Source: Salpingoeca rosetta (lineage: Eukaryota; Protista; Choanoflagellata). From it: 64,000 nucleotides of DNA. The translations under genes and the position numbers were made by a program. Under the pieces are notes generated by a model. The model was given only the letters and a program-made list of their open reading frames with translations, made no database searches and had not been told where the DNA came from. The stretch's first letter is position 1. Each line of letters begins with the position of its first letter. Positions 55,672 to 64,000 of the stretch are shown piece after piece. The DNA lies in the NCBI GenBank assembly GCA_033442325.1, contig JAWQFM010000004.1, forward strand, positions 1,622,316 to 1,686,315. Direction: 5' to 3'.

Positions 55672-57638
55672 AAGTGAACTGTCAGTGCAGTTGTGATCGC
55701 GACCGCCGTCGTTGCTGCTGCTACCGTTCCTGCTCGTGTTCTCGCTTGCCATATGGCCTGAACTAGTACCGCTTACTCCACCAGCATCACCAGCATCAAT
55801 GTGTCTGTCGTCAACGACTCCTGCTCCTCTGTCACCAGCATCAATGTCTCTGCCATCACCAGCGCCACCGTGTTCCTCCATGCAGGCCACTGACTCCCTG
55901 GTTCCGGTTGCCTCCGTCTTGTCCGCTGGTGTGCTGTTGATGCCGGCCCTGCAGACGGGGCGAATCAGCACCACGTCGCCCTTGCCGTACCCGCGCAGCT
56001 GCTGCACGCCCACGTAGTCGCGTGTCCACATCCTCCACCCACACGTGACAAAGTGCGTCACAACCTTGCGCACGAGCCAGTCGTGTGGCTGCAGGTCCCA
56101 CGTCTTGCCGCGCAAATACGTGTACAGCACCTCGTGCCGATGCAGCAGGGTCGCCACCGTCTTGCACACATCAGCCGCCACGTCGCTGTTCCCTGCCTTT
56201 GCAGTGCTGTCGGCCGCAGTGGTGGCAGTGGTGGCTGTGGGAGGTCCGTCAAGAGGGGCTTCCGTGCTCACTTCCGGTGGGGTATGCACGCGCTCCCGGT
56301 GAGCTGTGTTGGTGCTGTGCTCGAGTGACTGGACGTCTTCTTTGTCTTGCTTGTCTTCTGTGTCTTGCTTGTCTTGCTTGTCTTGCTTGTCGTGCTGGTC
56401 TTGCTTGGGGTCTTCACCCTGTTGCTTCCGTTGTTGTTGCTGTTGCCTGTGCTGTTGCTGGTGTGTGTCGACTGCAGCGCCCCACTTACCCCATCCACTA
56501 CTGGTTCCAACAGCTGCCACGTGCGACACGTCTGGCGCTGGTGCATGTACACCCCACGCGGCCGTGGCGCTGCCTGTCGAGGCTGGTTTCGCTGCCGACG
56601 CTGCACTGTTCGCGGGTGCGGTGGCAGCTGCTTTGGTGGTCGTTACCGCGCCGCTGCTACCCGTGCCTGCCCGTGCGTCCGTCCATGCCAGGTGCACGGG
56701 ATACACCACTCGCGAGCGCTTGGTGGCGGGCCGGCCATCTTCGCTTGCTCGCACCGTCTCTGCTGATGACGCAGATGTTGACGGCGTGGAACGCGCCGTT
56801 GCCGTCGACTCGCCCCAGTTGTTTGCATATGTGCACGGCGCGTCCTTGATGGTGCCCATATCCACCTCGCACTTCTGCCACGCACGCTGCTCCCTGATCA
56901 AGAACAATACAGCGATGGACGCAACCAAAACACGAACCATGCATGTGGAAAAGAGAGTTGCGTTCAATACATGCGGGCACGTGCACTTCACGACACTCAG
57001 AGCAGCAGCAAGATAAGCGGTGAGCCTGTGCCAATACATGGCCTCTCATGCCCTCTCGTGGCCTCGTAACGAACACGCATGCAGTGTCGACAAGCGTGGA
57101 CGCGAGCCTCCACAGAACTCACTGTTCTTCACGGCGAAGCCCAACGTAGATGGACGCCTCCTCCACCACCTGTCGATGAGTTAGGACGCGCAAGGCAGCG
57201 CCGTCGTGCTAGCACAGGTGGAGATGCGGGAGCAATGTGATTTTGAAATGAGGTCTTTGTCGAAAGGAAAACTTGGCAAGGCGAACAAGGGTGCCAAACT
57301 CGGCTCACCAAACAGCGTAGGGGCTGCACACTTGCTCACCGCAAAGCTAGAGGATGCAGCCTGTTCAGCGGCCTCGCGGGAGCTGAACTGAAGCAAGCAC
57401 AACCCTAGGGTAAGGCAGGAGGGAGAGAACGTAGGAAAACGGAATGGAAGACGTGGCAAAAGGCCAGCGCGAGGACATGAGAATGCGGGAGGGGGGGCAG
57501 CAAGAAGAAGGTGTGGAAGGAATTCGTGAACACCCGCGCACGGAAGCGACTGACCTTTGTTGGCGTAGAAGCGAAAGGACCGCCCACGCCACACCACAAA
57601 GATGCGCGCCCCCTTGACGCCAGCGTTCTTCAGCGTGG

Positions 57639-57725
<87 letters not shown>

Positions 57726-58014
57726 GGGGGGGGGTTGTGTTGCGGCGTGTTGTGTTGGGTGGGCATACATTGTGTTTGCACAGAAAGGAAAGCACAGGAA
57801 GTGAGTACAGAGAGGAAGCGCCGGCGCGACAAGTGAGCAAGAAAGCACAGAGGTCACGAAGCAGACATAGACACACACGCATGCTCGCACACGCGCACGC
57901 ACTCGCACTCACATTGATGGTGGAGAGGCGCGGCTGGGGTTCCATGAACCCCGTGAGGATGAGCGAGCGCTCATCCAACTCGGGTCCACAGCCACCACCA
58001 CCACTGCTCGACAT
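54032..58014 (-). CDS. RRM + split PD-(D/E)XK-like domain + Tyr/Gly/acidic tract + C-terminal G-patch protein (6 exons)
   Basis: Spliced RRM: SLILTGF (RNP2-like) ... NKGLCLLQFSSREAAEQA (RNP1-like) ... SIYVG. Large exon 56893-54609. The G-patch spans the last intron: PIDDTNIGYQLLRKLGWREGRGVGHRNGITEPI...GRGGVG. Stop at 54032. Confidence 0.8.
54485..54584. other. Assembly gap (100 N) inside the G-patch intron
   Basis: N run; the exons on either side join in phase. Confidence 0.99.
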
Positions 58015-58435
58015 ATCGTGACAGCAGCGTTCACCAGCGACCACCTGCGCCGAAAATCGACGGAAAATGTCCGCCAATCGCCAACAACCGCAATGGTGGT
58101 GAAACCAATGTGCGTGTACTTCCTCCTCCCTCTATCCCTGCTCGTCATCCTCTCGTCCCGTGTGATGCCTTGCTGCCATGCCTTTAATGTTTCACTTCGC
58201 TTAAGAATGCACCACCTCTCAGCAATTAAGAGAAAGAACCCTCCGCTACACACAGACACACACACACAGACACACACACGCGCACACAAACACATCACGC
58301 ACTCATGCACACACAAATATGCACGCACGCACACGCAACTCATACGTCCAGCAAATCAAAACATCACGACGATAAGAACGCATGACAAACGTACACAAAG
58401 CAGAGATGCAACCCTTTAACCCTTCCAACAGGCTG

Positions 58436-60289
58436 TCAACCGCAAAAGGCTGAGAGCTGGCGCTTGGCGTCAGCTGCTGTTGGGCGCTGGTGAGGGTCTT
58501 GCTGCCAGAACTCGCGAATGCACGCACGTAGCTCCTCCGGGGTATCCTCGAAAGGCAGCCGCTGCCCGCCCAAGACGTACTTCTTGATGGTGACGGCCGA
58601 CTTGCCAAAGTAGGGCTCCTCCTCCTCATACAGCTCCCAGAGCACAACGGAAAAGGAGTAGATGTCGCACGCGCACCAGGCCGCCAGGTCGTCGTCGGTC
58701 ACCTCCTCAGCAAACACCTCCGGCGCAGCGTTGCTCGGGGTTCCCACGAAGATTGCACCGCCCTGCACGGACGTTGTTGTGGAGTGGACTTGATTCTTGA
58801 GCTGGACAAACCCAAAGTCGCACAGCTTCACGGAAACTGACTGCGGGTCCTTGTTGAAGCGCTGCACGAGGAAGTTTCGGGACTTGAGGTCGCGATGAGC
58901 AATGTCGTTGCCGTGCAGGAATGCGATGGCGGAGATCATCTGCATGGTTGCCACGTTCTTGTGCTGCACCGTCAGGCTCTCCCCATCCTCGACGCCGTGC
59001 AGCTGGTCCCACAGGCTGCCACCGGACATGAACTCCATGACGATGCCCATGCGGCTGCGGTCGCGTTCCACATAGCCAAACACGCCGATGATGTTGGGGT
59101 GCTTGAGCCTGTTCAGCGTGGCAAACTCGCGAACAAAAGCCTTCTTTCGCGTCTTGCCTTCCACAGACAACACCTTCACTGCGACGGGCGTGCTGTCGTA
59201 CGTGCCGGCATACACTTCACCAAACGCGCCCGTACCAATCGGCTTGTCCCGCAATGTCACGCGGTCAGCAGGGATCTGCGCTTGCCCTGCTTGGTGCTCA
59301 AGGTCGTCCGCAGACCTGCGCGAGAGCGAGGCAGGCAGGGGCGGTGCTGTTGTTGTTGCTTCTGTCGTAGTTGTTGCTGTGGTCTGCGATGACAAGGTGG
59401 AGTCTTCCATCTCCTGGGCAAACTGCTGACGCTCCAGGGTTTGGCGTTGATACTCGTCGGCCCACTGGTCGCAGGTGTCGAACTGCGGTGGAGTCCTGGG
59501 CCGCAGGTCTTCGTCGCGCTCCCCGCGCTGTGCTCGCTTGAGTGCGTGGTAGAGGGCCAGCCGATCTGGCAGGGGCATGTCACTGCCCTTCATCTCCTTC
59601 TGGAACTCGTTCCACGAGTTGACCTTGCGAGGTTTCGAGGAGGGTGGCTTGAGGCCCGCAACTGCCGCCGACAGCCCCGTTGACGATGCTGCCTGCTCCT
59701 GTGCCCTTTCCTTGCGATACATCACGGACAGCTCGGTTACACTGTGTCCGTCGCCCTTGTGGGCGGCAAGGAATCTGTGCCAGGGGTTCTTGGTAGGCGT
59801 GCTGCTGGAAGCCGGGGAGGTGGTGGATTGCTGCAAACGAGCCGCGCTCGAGGATGCCGCCTTCTCCGCCTGGTACATTGAGGACATCTGTGCCGGGCTG
59901 AGGTGATGGCCCTTGTGCGCCGCGCGAAACTCGTGCCATGCGTTGCCACTGGAGGGGGTGGATGAAGTGGACGGAGTTGACGGAGTGGATGGCGCTTTGT
60001 ACGAGCCGCTCGCTGGCACCGAGGATGAGGAGGATGCCGCCTTCTCCGCCTGGTACATTGAGGACATCTGTGCCGGGCTGAGGTGATGGCCCTTGTGCGC
60101 AGACCGAAACGCGTTCCACGCGTTGCCACTGGAAGGAGTGGATGGCGCACCATACGAGAAGCTGGGCGCGGAGTAGCTCGCGGGCGGTGGGGCTGACGCC
60201 TTTTGCGCCTGGTACATTGAGGACATCTGCGCCGCGCTCAGGCCTTGGCCCTTGTGCGCAGAGCGAAACTCGTTCCAGTTCCTTGGCAT
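58436..60289 (-). CDS. Intronless TKL-group Ser/Thr kinase with five N-terminal ~28-aa W-x-x-F / HKG / Y repeats
   Basis: GTGAFGEV, VAVK, HRDLKSRN, DFG, GTPSNAAPE, DIYSFSVVLWEL, RPT. Repeat consensus NxWxxFxxAHKGxxLSxxQMSxMYxxxK. Confidence 0.9.
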   Translation of the reverse strand: MPRNWNEFRSAHKGQGLSAAQMSSMYQAQKASAPPPASYSAPSFSYGAPSTPSSGNAWNAFRSAHKGHHLSPAQMSSMYQAEKAASSSSSVPASGSYKAPSTPSTPSTSSTPSSGNAWHEFRAAHKGHHLSPAQMSSMYQAEKAASSSAARLQQSTTSPASSSTPTKNPWHRFLAAHKGDGHSVTELSVMYRKERAQEQAASSTGLSAAVAGLKPPSSKPRKVNSWNEFQKEMKGSDMPLPDRLALYHALKRAQRGERDEDLRPRTPPQFDTCDQWADEYQRQTLERQQFAQEMEDSTLSSQTTATTTTEATTTAPPLPASLSRRSADDLEHQAGQAQIPADRVTLRDKPIGTGAFGEVYAGTYDSTPVAVKVLSVEGKTRKKAFVREFATLNRLKHPNIIGVFGYVERDRSRMGIVMEFMSGGSLWDQLHGVEDGESLTVQHKNVATMQMISAIAFLHGNDIAHRDLKSRNFLVQRFNKDPQSVSVKLCDFGFVQLKNQVHSTTTSVQGGAIFVGTPSNAAPEVFAEEVTDDDLAAWCACDIYSFSVVLWELYEEEEPYFGKSAVTIKKYVLGGQRLPFEDTPEELRACIREFWQQDPHQRPTAADAKRQLSAFCG

Positions 60290-61041
60290 GGTTGAGGTGA
60301 GGTGGGTGGGAGCGTGGGTGGTGTGGTTCTGTGGTTTGTGTGTTTGTGGTTTGGTGGTTGATGAAATCTGTGAAATGCACTATTTCGTTCATTTCCCGTG
60401 CAGTGTGCGCTTTCCTTTTCTGCAAGTTGTTTCAGCTGACCAGCTTGCCTCAACTCAAGATGTGCTTGTCTGCCTGTTGTCGTTCATGGGGTTCGTTGAT
60501 TGATGCTGTTGGTGCATGCTCATTGGCGTTCGTGGAGACTTTTGTCAGAGTGGCACAAACAAGAAAGACCCAACCCTCGGAGGCCGGCCGCAGCGCCACC
60601 GATACGGTCGACGGGGAAGGGCCGGGCGGCAGACGCGCCGTCTCGCAGCCGGCGGCAGCGACGTTAGCACCCACCCACTAGTTCGATAGTGGGTACCCCT
60701 CCAGCCGGCCCTAGGGTCGCGACGTGTGACCCACCTATTAATACGAATGCTTCCCCCCACTTCGAAGCGGACTCGGGTCGTGTGCACGTGTGATTTAATT
60801 CGTTTTGTTTGCGTATCGCGCAACGGTGCCGTGGGCTCTGCCGCCGTCTTGTGCTCTTGTGCTTTCAGTGCTTTCTTCTACTTATGCTTTCTGCCTTCTC
60901 CAACTGATCTGGCAACCACGACGTGTCGCTTGCGGGCAACCCCACCACCGGGGCAAGCGACACCATTAAAGTTTACAACAATAAAAAAAAAAAAAAAAAA
61001 GAACAAGGGAACTCAAGATGACACTGAGAGGAGACGAGGGG

Positions 61042-61279
61042 TGTTAGATTCGTGTGTTTTGTTATTCCTTGTGTTCATTGGTGGAAGGGAGTAAACTCAA
61101 GAAGAAGACAAAGAGGAGGAGGTAGCGATAGCGGACTGTCGTCAACATCACGTGGTTGCCATCATAAACGAACAGCTGACTAGACAGGAATGAGCAAGAG
61201 CAAAGTACTCGGGACTAGTATTAGGACAGTGCAGGGCACGACAGCACATGTTGTCCATGTCACCCGCACGTCCCCAACA
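61042..61279 (-). repeat. 3' LTR (238 bp) of the copia element
   Basis: Begins TGTTGG directly after the PPT and ends CTAACA, giving imperfect terminal inverted repeats TG...CA. The adjacent 5 bp (plus-strand AGGGG, 61037-61041) are the predicted TSD. The outer boundary is inferred from the terminal motif only. Confidence 0.75.
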
Positions 61280-61290
61280 CACCCCCTCAA
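61280..61290 (-). promoter_or_regulatory. Polypurine tract
   Basis: TTGAGGGGGTG immediately 5' of TGTTG, the typical copia arrangement. Confidence 0.85.
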
Positions 61291-61345
61291 ACGCCATACA
61301 CAGAGACATGCGCTCGAGACAGAGAAGGCAGCAGGCACAACATGT

Positions 61346-63335
61346 TCACACAGGCACAACCGCCAGCACTTGGTCACGGCAGAGAACAAGTGCGGGCCGT
61401 GGCAGCGGTTTGGTAAGCATGTCAGCCAAGAGGGTGCGCCCTGGTTCATAGGTAAGCTCAATGACATTGTCCTCAACCAGCTCCCGGACAATGTGAAACC
61501 TCAGGCGTATGTGCTTGGTCCTGAGCTTCGTCACGCGGTTGGTGGCGATTGCTATGGCTGGTTGGTTGTCAGTCACAATTGTCGTAGGAGGCAGAGTGTA
61601 GCCAAGCTCATTGAGGAACTGCCTTAGGTATACAGCACTGTGAGAGGCTCTCGCAATTGAGACGTACTCAGTCTCTGCTGTGGACGCTGTAGCCAACGAC
61701 AAACGGCGTGACGACCACGAAATGGGCCCGCCAACCAAAGTAAACAGATGCCCGGCGTGGCCTCGGGACGTTGTTGTATCTGTCAAGTGGCTGGCGTCGG
61801 AGAAACCCCGCAGTTGTAGAGTCGGTGCCGACGTTGCAGAGTATGTGATGCCAAGACCAGAGGTGCCTCGGAGATACTTCATCACATGTTTCGCAGCATG
61901 TTGATGTATGGCGGTTGGTTGTCGCACAGCTCGGGCCAAGGCCGTAGCGGCGTACGCGACGTCTGGCCTTGTGCAACCCGCCAGGTAGAGCAAACTGCCA
62001 ACGATGTGCTGGAACTGCTTAACATCCACTGTCTCGGCTGCTGTGGTTGCATCGAGCTTGAAGTTGGTGGGGAGAGTGGTGTCCTTCGGTCTGCATGTCT
62101 GAAGTCCATGCTGTTGCAGGAGGTGGTGTACGTAGTGCTGTTGTGTAAGGGTCATGGTCCCCGCATCCCGGTCGTAGTTGATGTTGATGTTCAGGTACTG
62201 CTTAGCAGGGCCTAGGTGCTTCAGGTGGTAGTGCGCGCTCAGTGAGGCTGCCACGTGACGGACACGGTCAATGGTGCCGGCTGCGATCAGAAAGTCGTCG
62301 ACGTGGACGCAGAGCATGCAATCCTCGCCTACGAAGACACAGGCATCCGATGCCAGGCGACGAAGGCCACTCTCCTTGATGGTCTGCCAGATCGAGTTGT
62401 ACCACAAACGAGGGGCCTGACGAAGTCCATAAAGACTCTTCTTGAGTCTCAGCAGCGAACCGTCTGGTAGGTTCGCCGCGGACGGCGGACGCACATACAC
62501 CCCCTGGACATCAATCTGCGCGTGCAAGAAGGCGGAAGTAACGTCGTACTGGTGGAGGTGCCACCTCTTGAAGGTGGTCACGGCGAGGAAAGTCCTGACG
62601 GCGTCGATCCTCGTGGTTGGCGCGAACACGTCGTCAAACGTGCCGACATCCTGGCGGTTGCCGCAGCAGACCAGGCGCACCTTGCGTTTGGTCGTACCAT
62701 CCACGAGCTGCTTACTTGTCAGGACAAGTTTGCTCGGAATGGGCTGGGTAGGGATGGATAGTTGTCGGCTGTCCACCACGTCAAACGCTCCAAACTGCAA
62801 CATCTTACCCCACTCCTCCTCAAAGGCGTCAAGCCAACGCTGCCTATCACGACCCTTCATCGCCATCTGCCACGTTCTCGGCGGGTCGTTGGCTGTGGTC
62901 GCAGTCAAGCATAGCTTCTCGACAGGTGTACGGATACGTCCGGACCTTCGAAGCTGTTGAGGCTGTTGTTGGGCGTGCTGTTGATGCTGCTGTTGCGGTT
63001 CGTGTTGCTGGGGCTGCAGGCATATCTCTCGTTCAGCAAGAACTGTCGGGACCAGGTCAGCCGTCGTCTGATCGTGTCCTTGCAGTTGCTGTCGTTGTTG
63101 CCCATCGGGCTGCTGCTGGTGGCCGTGGGCCTGCAGTGCGCCAGTAGGCTGCTGCTGGTGGCCGTGGGCCTGCAGTGCGCCAGTAGGCTGCTGCTGGTGG
63201 CCGTGGGCCTGCAGTGCGCCAGTAGGCTGCTGCTGGTGGCCGTGGGCCTGCAGTGCGCCAGTAGGCTGCTGCTGGTGGCCGTGGGCCTGCAGTGCGCCAG
63301 TAGGCTGCTGCTGGTGGCCGTGGGCCTGCAGTGGG
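61346..63335 (-). CDS. pol: Copia pol: reverse transcriptase and RNase H (intact frame)
   Basis: RRSGRIR, KVRLVCCGNRQ, YDVTSAFLHA, LKKSLYGLRQAPRLW, HVDD, GFSDAS, STAETEY, TDNQPA, TKHIRLRFH, ADMLTKPL. Confidence 0.95.
63107..63333 (-). repeat. 39-bp coding tandem array (GHQQQPTGALQAH), about 6 copies, in the IN-RT linker
   Basis: Unit ggccgtgggcctgcagtgcgccagtaggctgctgctggt. Confidence 0.95.
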
Positions 63336-63640
63336 CTACCGGCCTCTGAGCCCGTAATCAGCCCGGTCCGTAGTCCAAATCGCACTTACTGAGTCCAACC
63401 TTGCGAACTCCAAGACCTCAAGTCGATGACGGACACCTTGAGTTAATCTGAGTGCTTGTGACCTTACGGAGAGGTGCAAAGCCTTGTACGAACACACAAC
63501 GTATCTGACGGGGGTGACAAATGAGCATCAAGCCAACTCGTAGTCGCTAACAACTGTTGGGTCCTAGTTCTTGACCCACTAAACCATAATACTAGTAATT
63601 GGCCGATCACTGGTCCTATGTTGTTCTAGACAAACAACGC

Positions 63641-63871
63641 GGCCTGCAGTGCGCCACGTAGGCTGCTGCTGGTGGCCGTGGGCCTGCAGTGCGCCAGTAG
63701 GCTGCTGCTGGTGGCCGTGGGCCTGCAGTGCGCCAGTAGGCTGCTGCTGGTGGTCGTGGGCCTGCAGTGCGCCAGTAGGCTGCTGCTGGTGGCCGTGGGC
63801 CTGCAGTGCGCCAGTAGGCTGCTGCTGGTGGCCGTGGACCTGCAGTGCGCCAGTAGGCTGCTGCTGGTGGC
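63641..63871 (-). repeat. Second block of the same 39-bp array, about 6 copies
   Basis: Same unit with two point variants and a 1-bp insertion at 63657. Confidence 0.95.
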
Positions 63872-64000
63872 ACTCCACAAAGTCGACATTGATGCCAGAT
63901 CTCGTGCGCTGAGTGCCGCTGACGAATATCTTGTGACCGTTGCAGCGCGGATCATAGCCAATGTAGTGGCCAGCCGCACCTCTCGCCGGAAGTGCACCTT

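Larger units (their letters stand above)
61042..64000 (-). mobile_element. Ty1/copia LTR retrotransposon, 3' part (integrase C-terminus, RT, RNase H, PPT, 3' LTR); continues beyond the window
   Basis: Copia domain order IN-RT-RH. Integrase tail LPARGAAGHYIGYD...GHKIF...NVDFVE at 63870-63999, followed by RT, RH, PPT and LTR. Confidence 0.95.

Noticed and set aside
62296-62310. HVDD instead of YVDD as an inactivating RT mutation
   Set aside because: HVDD is a common natural variant in copia-type RTs, and both catalytic aspartates are intact
63334-63640. Insert as a nested solo LTR or MITE
   Set aside because: No clear TG...CA termini, terminal inverted repeats or independent target-site duplication
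63107-63871. 39-bp repeats with an intervening unique segment as a CRISPR-like array
   Set aside because: Repeats are head-to-tail without spacers, in frame within pol, and the context is eukaryotic with no cas genes

Overview
Eukaryotic, GC-rich, intron-dense DNA in which most introns carry (GT)n/(CA)n tracts. An HM-motif PTB tyrosine kinase points to a choanoflagellate, most likely Salpingoeca rosetta (inference). All gene models were spliced by hand from GT-AG sites and phase checks; family calls rest on recalled motifs, not database searches. Left to right: an intronless ~2175-aa LRR receptor ending in an XK/Xkr-like membrane module; a secreted coiled-coil plus 7-blade propeller protein; ABCB7/ATM1; a myristoylated 3xPTB HMTK; DHX8/Prp22; RBBP4; a TAZ-zinc-finger Q-rich protein; XPO4; an Mpr1-like GNAT; p90 RSK (5' end missing); the last exon of CHMP1; BLOC1S3; a group-3 LEA protein; an RRM + PD-(D/E)XK-like + G-patch protein; an intronless TKL kinase with five HMG-like N-terminal repeats; and the 3' part of a Ty1/copia LTR retrotransposon. 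Best candidates for new biology are the RRM-nuclease-G-patch protein with its neighbouring repeat kinase (possible nucleic-acid defence locus beside a copia element) and the LRR-Xkr fusion receptor. The assembly has three N-gaps, plus three places where coding sequence is missing without an N-gap (ABCB7, XPO4, the RSK/CHMP1 junction).
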